This document shows positions 36,569-43,954 of a stretch of DNA of 64,000 bases, one piece after another. A program made the translations under genes and the position numbers. Below the pieces are notes generated by a model that worked only from the letters and a program-made list of their open reading frames with translations, was not told the DNA's origin and did no database searches. Source of the DNA: Acidimicrobiales bacterium (GTDB lineage: Bacteria > Actinomycetota > Acidimicrobiia > Acidimicrobiales > SZUA-35); NCBI GenBank assembly GCA_050633745.1, contig JBOEHD010000040.1:1435-65434 (forward strand), written 5' to 3'. How positions within the stretch are numbered: the first letter of the stretch is position 1; each line of letters begins with the position of its first letter.

Positions 36569-37801
36569 ATGACAGACAGCGCAACACCGGTTACCCACGA
36601 TGGCGAGGACCAGTCCGAGGGCCCCCTGGCCGGTCTGAAGGTCGTTGAGCTGTCGATGTACGTGCAGGGCCCGGTGGCCGGTCTGACCTTGGCCAGCCTG
36701 GGCGCCGATGTTGTGAAGATCGAGCGGGTTGGCCATGTCGACCATATGCGCACCTTCAAGAGCGTGTTCGGCGTCGAGTTCGATGACCGGGGTCAGGAGT
36801 GGGTCTACGCATCGCTCAACCGAAACAAGCGAGCCATCGCTCTCGACATCGCCACCGATGCCGGGCGGCCGGTGTTCCATCGCTTGATCGAAGAAGCAGA
36901 CGTGTTCATCACCAACATGCGAGCCGCTGGACTGGATGCCCAGGGTGCCGATGTCGAAACGCTGATGGCGATTAATCCCCAGCTGGTCTACTGCCGGGGC
37001 GCGGGGTTCGGCACCCGAGGCCCGATGGCCGACGACCCCTGTCAGGACACCGTCGGCATGGCCTTCGGTGGTTTCATGGACAGCACCTCACCGAATGAGA
37101 CACCCAACTATCCGCCCGGTTCGATGAGCGATGTCTTGACCGGCAGCAACATGGCTTCGGCGGTGATGGCCGGGTTACTCAAGCGAGCCAAGACCGGCAA
37201 GGGCTGCGTGGTCGGCACCTCGCAGACCCAGTCTCTGCTGTGGATGCAACTCCAGGGGGTCGGCATGGCGGCCAGCCTCGGCGAGCGTATGGAGCGCTTT
37301 CAGCCAGACGCCACCACCAATCCCCTATTCACCGTGTACGAAACCGCCGACGGCTGGATTGCCATCGCCGCGCTGCGTCGCAACCAATGGCTGAACATCG
37401 CTGAGGTGACCGGCCTATCTCACATGCTCGAAGACCCCCGCTTTGCCACCTTCGACGATGTGATCACCAACCGCGACGAGTTCCGACCGGTATTCGGCAA
37501 ACACCTCAAAACGCAGCCCACCGATCACTGGTGGCAGAAACTCCGGGCCGCCGATATCTGGGTGTCGCCGGTGAACCGGCTGGAAGACCTAGCTGAGAAC
37601 GAGCAGATCAAAGCCAATGAGTATCTGGTGAGCTTCGATGACGGCTTTGTCGGGCCGCCTGCCCCGTTCGAGGTCGATGACTGGCTCGGCGCTCGAGGGC
37701 TGGCCGCTGACTACGCTGAACATACCGACGAGGTGTTGGCCGAACTCGGCTTCGACGAGGAACGTATCCTGACCCTCAAGGCTGAAGGAGTGGTGTGGTA
37801 G
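36569..37801 (+). CDS. Family III CoA-transferase (CaiB/BaiF family)
   Basis: The sequence GPLAGLKVVELSMYVQGPVAGLTLASLGADVVKIE...NMRAAGLDAQGADVETL matches the family. ATG 36569 (MTDSATP) is preferred over 36518. Confidence 0.9.
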   Translation: MTDSATPVTHDGEDQSEGPLAGLKVVELSMYVQGPVAGLTLASLGADVVKIERVGHVDHMRTFKSVFGVEFDDRGQEWVYASLNRNKRAIALDIATDAGRPVFHRLIEEADVFITNMRAAGLDAQGADVETLMAINPQLVYCRGAGFGTRGPMADDPCQDTVGMAFGGFMDSTSPNETPNYPPGSMSDVLTGSNMASAVMAGLLKRAKTGKGCVVGTSQTQSLLWMQLQGVGMAASLGERMERFQPDATTNPLFTVYETADGWIAIAALRRNQWLNIAEVTGLSHMLEDPRFATFDDVITNRDEFRPVFGKHLKTQPTDHWWQKLRAADIWVSPVNRLEDLAENEQIKANEYLVSFDDGFVGPPAPFEVDDWLGARGLAADYAEHTDEVLAELGFDEERILTLKAEGVVW

Positions 37802-38724
37802 CAAACCCCAATATTCGAGTCGGCATGTCGACCCCGTGGGATTTCTGGTCCCTTTCCGGTGAGGACCGGCAGGCCAGATTGAGCGCCGCGGTTGAGGGCG
37901 GTCTCACCCACATATTCTGTGCCGACCATGTCAGTTTCCATGGCGGCAACGGGTCGGACGGGATTGTGCAGATGGCCACCATCGCCGCCACCGAGCCCCG
38001 ACTCGATGTTTATGTCGGGGTGTTCCTGTTGGCTCTGCGGCATCCAGTGGTAGCCGCTCGCCAGATCGCCACCCTGGCCCAAGCGGCACCCGGGCGGGTG
38101 ACCATCGGGGTCGGCGTCGGAGGCGAAGATCGACATGAGTTCGAGGTATGTGGCGTTGACCCGGCGACACGCGGAAAGCGCACCGACGTGGCGCTCGATA
38201 TGGTCCGCAGGCTGCTGGCCGGCGAAACGGTTGACGGCGACGGAACCTTCTTCGACGTGAGCGAGGCGATGATCCGGCCGGCGCCCAAGCCAGCAGTCCC
38301 GTTCGTCGTCGGTGGTCGCTCCGATGCTGCAGTGCTTCGGGCAGGCCGCCTCGGCGATGGCTGGCTTGCCACGTGGTGCTCGCCTCGCCGCTTCGCCGAG
38401 GCTGTCGCTCTGGCGGAGACCACCGCAGCCGACGCCGGCCGAACCGATGTGCCGTGGCAACACGGGTTACAGCTGTGGCTGGGCGTTGGAGACAACGCCG
38501 AGGAGGGTCAGCGATACGTGGCAGACGCCATGGAGCGGTTCTACAAGCTGCCCTATGCCGCGTTCGCCAAGTACACCCCGTGCGGCACGCCAGCCGAGAT
38601 CGTCGAGTTCCTCAAGCCGTACATAGAGGCCGGCGCAACCACGTTCAACCTGACCACGGTGGGAGCGACCCCTGAAATCGAACTCGAAGCGTCTACTGAA
38701 ATCAGTTCGCTGCTGGCCGGCTGA
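37795..38724 (+). CDS. LLM class (luciferase-like) oxidoreductase, probably F420-dependent
   Basis: The sequence GLTHIFCADHVSFHGGNG...VGVFLLALRHPVVAARQIATLAQAAPGRVTIGVGVGGE is LLM-like. GTG 37795 overlaps the upstream stop. Confidence 0.8.
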   Translation: MVANPNIRVGMSTPWDFWSLSGEDRQARLSAAVEGGLTHIFCADHVSFHGGNGSDGIVQMATIAATEPRLDVYVGVFLLALRHPVVAARQIATLAQAAPGRVTIGVGVGGEDRHEFEVCGVDPATRGKRTDVALDMVRRLLAGETVDGDGTFFDVSEAMIRPAPKPAVPFVVGGRSDAAVLRAGRLGDGWLATWCSPRRFAEAVALAETTAADAGRTDVPWQHGLQLWLGVGDNAEEGQRYVADAMERFYKLPYAAFAKYTPCGTPAEIVEFLKPYIEAGATTFNLTTVGATPEIELEASTEISSLLAG

Positions 38725-38725
38725 C

Positions 38726-40732
38726 CTAGTCTCCGGCGGTTAGGAACTCGTCGGTGTTAAGCACCACAACCTTCGCTCCTCGACTTCTGGCTAGCTCCAC
38801 CATGTCTGCCGTTCCCCCTGGCCCGTCGCCTGCGGCACGGTTCCACAGGGCGAGGAGGGTCACGTCGGCGTTCTCTATGGCAAATGCCTTTTCCAACATC
38901 CACATGTTGCAGCGCTGGAACACGTAGTGCTTGTCGGCGGCGCTGACCCAAGTCGGCATCGGTTCGTCGAGAACGTCGGGGTTCAACTCGGTGCAGAGCC
39001 TGCGAAACCGTTCCGGCCACGTTCCGCCGCTGCCATCTACAGAGCGTTGAAGAAACTGACCTTCGGGCAGGGCTAGCACCGCTTCGGTCTCGAGGCCGAG
39101 CTCAGCGGCCACCTCGTGGAACAAGATATCGTTGCCGCTGGCCAAGCCAGCGATCCCGCTCACGGCCCCATCGGCATAGGATCTTTCTTCCTCGATCGCC
39201 GCGGCCAGCGCCGCTCTGGCGGCCGTTTCAGCTGCGGCGGGGAAACGGGGCTGCGCTCGTCCCGGATCATCGATCCGGTGACCGGTTGACACGATGATCC
39301 GCTTCCGCGGCTCGGCCGCGACAGGAATCGGCGGCACACCCGCAACCAGATCATCATCGGGCACACCGAGGGCTGCCAGGCTGGCGGCGGCCTTCTCCGA
39401 GCAGATGTCTAGGCGTTTGAAGAGAAGAAGTTGGGCCGCGGCCGATGCAATGTTGAAGTCCGCCTTTGTGCGCGCCGTTGCATCTCGGTAGCCCTGGGCA
39501 ACATGCTCGACCCGGTCTGAAGTCAGGAAACGGTGATCAGCGATACTGAGGTCAAGCCAGAGGTCGGTCTCGCCGGAGCGACGAGCACGGGCCTTAGCGG
39601 CGTCATGAGCTAACGCGGTAGCCGACAGTAGTTGTTCGCGCCGAGAGGTTTGGCGGCGCAGGTGGCTCGCCGCATCGTCTTCATCCTCGAACCGAGCCTC
39701 CCAGACATCGGGGTACCGCCCCGCTAGTTCGAGCAGGATCGTGCTCATCGATAGGGCGTTAACACCCGGATAGTAGTGGTTGATATCTTCAAGAAACCCC
39801 GCCCGGTATGCGGTTAGACAATCGAGCAACTGCGCCGATCGTAAGGCCTGGCGTTGCTGTTCAATAGGGTCATCGACAGCGATCCACTCGGCAGTCCACT
39901 GTGTCTTGTGGTTCCGTGCCCGCAGAGCCAAAGCTTCAGCCCGATCGACTCTGGACGCCTCGCCATTGGTGACCCGGGCGATCGCCTCCTCCGAGCGCGC
40001 CATGTCGCCAGCCCGGTGGTAGATGGTGGCAAGCGCCAGGTTCGCTTCAACATCATCGGGTCGCGCCGTTCGCACCCTTTCCCAGGTCGCTCCGGCTCCG
40101 GTGTGGGCCTGCAACTTTGAAAGCGCCTGGCCGACGAGACGTTGACCGGCGAGATTCCAGCGCTCAACTCGTGCCTCGTCGCCGAGTAAACCCAGCTGCC
40201 CGACCCGCTTGTTTTTGCGTGCTCGCTCGACCGCCTCGATGAACTCCCGAGGTGTGCTGAGGTATGCGACTCCGTCGCGCCGCTCCAGGCTGGGGATCAG
40301 CTGGTAGACCGGACTGTCGGTGTTGTCGCTCTTGAGCGTCGCTTCGATCGTTCGGCTCAACTCATTGCGAGATGTCTCCGGATCGTTTGGGTCGTAGCGA
40401 AGATACCGGTCGGTCTTGAGGTCAAAGGGCACCGCATCGACTCTGCTGTTGATCAGAATCGTTGGGCGGTGGCGTAGCGCATGCCGCACCCCGAGTTCGT
40501 AGTAGACGTTGGCGTTGTGAATAGAGATGTCGGCGATCACCAAGTCGGCGGTGAGCAGCCGCTCCATCATGTCGGCCCGGATATTGCCCGATTCGACTAT
40601 CGGTCCAGTGGTTCCCCATTCGGTGTCCGGCCGCTCGTCGAGGACCGGTTTGATGATCTGGTCTTCCACTCGGTCGAAGTCCACCCCGCTCTTCTCACCG
40701 AACGGTCTGACGATAAAAACGTAGGTCTGCAT
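38726..40732 (-). CDS. Three-region conflict-system-like protein: N-terminal TIR/nucleoside-deoxyribosyltransferase-like Rossmannoid domain (DUF4071-like), helical TPR-like middle, C-terminal SLOG (DprA/LOG-like) domain
   Basis: N-terminus: MQTYVFIVRPFGEKSG...DLVIADISIHNANVYYELGVRHALRHRPTILI (beta-strand/Gly loop, conserved Glu79). Middle: helical repeats (NLALATIYHRAGDMARSEEAIARV, INHYYPGVNALSM). C-terminus (aa 477-662): RIIVSTGHR...SGIAGLASGNDILFHE...GDGPGGTADMVELARSRGAKVVVL. These resemble the DprA GLAxGID and LOG PGGxGTxxE motifs. The start lies 9 nt after the patatin stop. Confidence 0.8.
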   Translation of the reverse strand: MQTYVFIVRPFGEKSGVDFDRVEDQIIKPVLDERPDTEWGTTGPIVESGNIRADMMERLLTADLVIADISIHNANVYYELGVRHALRHRPTILINSRVDAVPFDLKTDRYLRYDPNDPETSRNELSRTIEATLKSDNTDSPVYQLIPSLERRDGVAYLSTPREFIEAVERARKNKRVGQLGLLGDEARVERWNLAGQRLVGQALSKLQAHTGAGATWERVRTARPDDVEANLALATIYHRAGDMARSEEAIARVTNGEASRVDRAEALALRARNHKTQWTAEWIAVDDPIEQQRQALRSAQLLDCLTAYRAGFLEDINHYYPGVNALSMSTILLELAGRYPDVWEARFEDEDDAASHLRRQTSRREQLLSATALAHDAAKARARRSGETDLWLDLSIADHRFLTSDRVEHVAQGYRDATARTKADFNIASAAAQLLLFKRLDICSEKAAASLAALGVPDDDLVAGVPPIPVAAEPRKRIIVSTGHRIDDPGRAQPRFPAAAETAARAALAAAIEEERSYADGAVSGIAGLASGNDILFHEVAAELGLETEAVLALPEGQFLQRSVDGSGGTWPERFRRLCTELNPDVLDEPMPTWVSAADKHYVFQRCNMWMLEKAFAIENADVTLLALWNRAAGDGPGGTADMVELARSRGAKVVVLNTDEFLTAGD

Positions 40733-40741
40733 GTCACCGAC

Positions 40742-41929
40742 TCAGCTGTGTATTGGCAGGTCGACAAAGCGCCCGAAGTGCGCAAGGTCGACGTCGTGGG
40801 CCAGGTTCTTGCCGATGCGGGTGAGATCGGGCATGGCATCGACCGAATCGAGAGCGCTTACGTCGTCGGCTTTGATATCGCCCAAACCCCGCTCGGCTAG
40901 CCAGGCGTCGGTGAGGGTGGCGTTGTACCTGGCATAGAGGAAATCTCGGTCCTGGTCGTCCTCGAGCGGTAGCGGGTTGCCTGCACCATCCTTGGGGATC
41001 AAGTCACCGACTTCGTTGTCGATGTGGTCTCCGGTGGTGCAGCGACCGACGGTTCGAGCGTTGACGTCCTGGTCGTAGGCGGCCTGGCTCATAAGCGAAC
41101 TGAGCGTATTGACCGCAGACGAGGCCAGGTTCGATTCGGGGTCATCGATGGACGCGCCAAGGGTGGCGGCCGAGCCGGTACCGAGCGAAACGACCAGAAG
41201 GTTTCGTTCACCCTTCTGCCAGCCGAGGTTGTATGCCGGTTCGGTGGCCATCCGAGCCATCAGGAACGCTGGGTTGTTGTAGGTCGTCGTGCCGCCGTCG
41301 ACGAAGACGAACGCCTTGTTGTCGTTGCCCTCTTCCCAGTAGATGACCTCGGGCGGAAAGTACACCGGTGCGGCGGTGCTGGCTCGAACCAGTTTCCATA
41401 GCGGCACGTTGAGGTTGCAGTCTGGCCTGTCAACGTCGTTGTACTTGGCAGCGGGGTTGCTGGTCACCGGCCAGGCGGAGTCGGTGGTCGCATTGCGGGT
41501 GACGACCAGCAACAGCGACTTCAGATCCTGAGGGTGCAGTGTCGATTCGCTGCCGTAGACCTCTTTTAGCTTCTGCTCCAGGGGTCCGTTCTGGTAGAGG
41601 GCGTTCCAGATCTTCCAGCGGCGGCGGGTGAACACCACCTGACCGAACGCCTCGTAGAACTCTAAGATCTCGGCCACTGAAAGGCCTCGCGCCACGCCGG
41701 CGGCGATGATGGCGCCGGTACTGGTGCCGGAGACGTAGTCGAAGAACTGACACAACCGAAGATCGGGCTCGTTGTAGTGCGCCCGTAGTTGACTCTCGAT
41801 TTCCTGGAGCACCTGCAGGGTCAAGATCCCTCGAATCCCGCCCCCGTCGAGAGCAAGCATGCGACGAGGTTGATCGACCTCATATCGTGCTCGCAGACCC
41901 CCCCACTGCTCTGGTTGTTCTAGCGCCAT
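40742..41929 (-). CDS. Patatin-like phospholipase with about 120-aa acidic C-terminal extension
   Basis: The oxyanion loop DGGGIRG (aa 28-34), nucleophile elbow GTSTG (Ser70) and catalytic Asp in FVDGGTTTYNNP (Asp211) are all intact. A strong SD (AGGAGG) lies 5 nt upstream of ATG 41929. Confidence 0.9.
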   Translation of the reverse strand: MALEQPEQWGGLRARYEVDQPRRMLALDGGGIRGILTLQVLQEIESQLRAHYNEPDLRLCQFFDYVSGTSTGAIIAAGVARGLSVAEILEFYEAFGQVVFTRRRWKIWNALYQNGPLEQKLKEVYGSESTLHPQDLKSLLLVVTRNATTDSAWPVTSNPAAKYNDVDRPDCNLNVPLWKLVRASTAAPVYFPPEVIYWEEGNDNKAFVFVDGGTTTYNNPAFLMARMATEPAYNLGWQKGERNLLVVSLGTGSAATLGASIDDPESNLASSAVNTLSSLMSQAAYDQDVNARTVGRCTTGDHIDNEVGDLIPKDGAGNPLPLEDDQDRDFLYARYNATLTDAWLAERGLGDIKADDVSALDSVDAMPDLTRIGKNLAHDVDLAHFGRFVDLPIHS

Positions 41930-41986
41930 TTGCCCCTCCTGCTTCAGTCGCTAATGCCTATAGTCGTGCTCATCGGTGCCGGTTGC

Positions 41987-42043
41987 TGGTGTTCAGTGTG
42001 TGGTGTTCGGTGTGTGGTGTTCCGTCTGTGGTGAATTTCTGTG
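41987..42043. repeat. 14-bp tandem direct repeat, 3 good copies plus 1 degenerate copy, in the divergent intergenic region
   Basis: TGGTGTTCAGTGTG / TGGTGTTCGGTGTG / TGGTGTTCCGTCTG / TGGTGAATTTCTGTG. Confidence 0.85.
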
Positions 42044-42073
42044 TTTGGGCGATAGCCCGAACCGGTCGACGCA

Positions 42074-42093
42074 CAGATTGTGGCAGATTGCGG
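42074..42093. repeat. 10-bp tandem duplication in the same intergenic region
   Basis: CAGATTGTGG / CAGATTGCGG. Confidence 0.75.
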
Positions 42094-42180
42094 CGCTGTC
42101 TGCTCATGCTGGTGTCTCTGTCTTGAGCTCGGCATACCGGGGGAACCACCTGTTCCAGCGATCCTGACTACCATCAGCCA

Positions 42181-43149
42181 TTGGTGGTAGGAACAGCGGA
42201 ACCGCAGGCCGAAGCGAATAGGGTGCTCGACCACGTCTGGGAGCGTCAGCGTGGCTGGTCGATCGGCGCCGACCTGGCGAAGGCTCAGGTCGAGAGGGCC
42301 CGCATCGGCAACCTGCTACTCATCGTCGGAGCTGCGGTCTTCGGTGCGCTTGCGGCCCAATCCGACTGGCTACCTTCCGGCTTCCAGCGAGGCCTCAGTC
42401 TGGCCGCCTCTGTCCTGCTGATGGTGGCCGGGTTTGTGCAAAGCCACTATCTGACCGCCCTGAAGGTCAAAGCCTGGACCGCAGCCCGGAGCGCTTCGGA
42501 GACGCTGAAGGCCCTCGTCTATGTGTACATGGCTGGCGTGAGCGTCGATACGAGCTCAGACAACAGCCACGAAGAAAGCCAGGTCGACGCTGCGCTGTTG
42601 GACCAGCTGACGATGGTGGAGAGCCGGGCATTTGTGCTCGGAGCCAACCGAGCCGACCCAGATAACAAACCGCTGCCAACCGTCGCCAGCGTTCCCGACT
42701 ACCGTGCCAACCGCACCGAGGAGCAGGCCCAGTGGCACAGCACCCGGCGAGGCGAGCACGACCGGCGAGCGAGGTTACTGCGAGCTGCCCAGCTTGGGCT
42801 GACGGTACTCGGTTCGGTCCTTGCGCTGATCGCCGGCGTCTCCGCCCAACCGGGGATCGATTCCTGGGTCGCCGCGGTCGCCGCCATGGGGGCAGCTGTG
42901 GCCGCCCACCTTGGAGCCACCCAGTACGACCGCATCGCTCAGAGCTATGAGGTCACCGCAACCCTGCTCGAACGGGAAGTGGTTCGGTTCGACTCACTGC
43001 AGCAACGGTCCGCGACAGCGGTCGACGAGGGTGCTGGTCTGATCGGCGGCAATGCCGGCCAAACCCTCGTCCGCAATACCGAGGAGATCCTGGCCAGGCA
43101 GAACGATGGCTGGATCGACCTGATCCAAAAGGCAACCGAGCCGAACTAG
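42181..43149 (+). CDS. Membrane protein with two tandem SLATT-like (DUF4231-like) 2TM modules
   Basis: Module 1: TM IGNLLLIVGAAVFGALAA, TM LSLAASVLLMVAGFVQSHYL, then helix KAWTAARSASETLKALVYVYMAG. Module 2: YRANRTEEQAQWHSTRRGEHDRRARLLRAAQLGLTVLGSVLALIAGV, TM WVAAVAAMGAAVAAHLGA, then helix YDRIAQSYEVTATLLEREVVRF. The start is uncertain (TTG 42181, GTG 42184 or GTG 42223). Confidence 0.7.
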   Translation: MVVGTAEPQAEANRVLDHVWERQRGWSIGADLAKAQVERARIGNLLLIVGAAVFGALAAQSDWLPSGFQRGLSLAASVLLMVAGFVQSHYLTALKVKAWTAARSASETLKALVYVYMAGVSVDTSSDNSHEESQVDAALLDQLTMVESRAFVLGANRADPDNKPLPTVASVPDYRANRTEEQAQWHSTRRGEHDRRARLLRAAQLGLTVLGSVLALIAGVSAQPGIDSWVAAVAAMGAAVAAHLGATQYDRIAQSYEVTATLLEREVVRFDSLQQRSATAVDEGAGLIGGNAGQTLVRNTEEILARQNDGWIDLIQKATEPN

Positions 43150-43213
43150 TCCCCTATCGATGTCTGCACTAACTTGAGCGGCACGGCCCAGGCACGGTTG
43201 ATAGGGGATCAAA

Positions 43214-43855
43214 ATGGAACTTGGCGATGCTATAAAGACCGCGGTGACCTCTCGGTACTACACCGATGAACCGGTCACAGACGAACAACTGCGAACGGCG
43301 TTCGACTACGCCCGATACGCACCTCAGGGTGGCAACCGTCAGCCGGTTCGATTCATAGTCGTGCGTGACCAGGACACCAGAAACCAATTGGCGGAGTGGT
43401 ATCGGGTCCCGTGGAAGGCGTACCTCGAAGGGGCCCGTGGCGGCGAGATCGACATCGGCGCCGAGAAGCTCGACCGTGCCTTGCGCAACGCCGACCATTT
43501 CGCAGATCACCTGCAAGACGTTCCCGTGATGGTCATCGCCTGCGCTCATCTCGACGGCGTTCATCCCACCGATACCGAACTTGAGCGTCTGTCGGTTGTG
43601 GGTGGCGGCTCGATCTACCCGGCGGTGCAGAACTTTTTGCTCGGCTGCCGTGAGAGCGGAATCGGTGCTGCGCTAACCACGCTGCTTTGTATGTTCGAAC
43701 CGCAGGTCAAGGAGCTGCTGTCGATCCCCGACGACGTGATCACCGCCGCTCATATCGCGGTTGGGCACCGGCCGAAGGACTTCCCAAAGAAGCTCGATCG
43801 CATCGGGCTCGACGAGGTCGTGTACAGCGACACCTGGGGCAACTCCACATACTGA
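43214..43855 (+). CDS. Nitroreductase family protein
   Basis: AIKTAVTSRYYTDEPVTDEQLRTAFDYARYAPQGGNRQPVRFIVVRD is the typical nitroreductase N-terminal FMN-binding segment. Confidence 0.85.
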   Translation: MELGDAIKTAVTSRYYTDEPVTDEQLRTAFDYARYAPQGGNRQPVRFIVVRDQDTRNQLAEWYRVPWKAYLEGARGGEIDIGAEKLDRALRNADHFADHLQDVPVMVIACAHLDGVHPTDTELERLSVVGGGSIYPAVQNFLLGCRESGIGAALTTLLCMFEPQVKELLSIPDDVITAAHIAVGHRPKDFPKKLDRIGLDEVVYSDTWGNSTY

Positions 43856-43954
43856 AGTCGCTCCAACGTGACCCGGTTCACCTCAAGCTTGACGGCCAAT
43901 TTGCCGATGCGAAGTGAAGGTAAAAAGTTTCACTTAGCTGAAAGGTAAAACCGA

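Noticed and set aside
43214-43855. Nitroreductase, considered (along with BLUF) as a possible fourth component of the patatin/SLOG/SLATT locus
   Set aside because: It is separated by a structured 64-nt spacer and has ordinary metabolic-family motifs. No known link exists to conflict systems, so I treat it as a flanking gene unless synteny analysis says otherwise.
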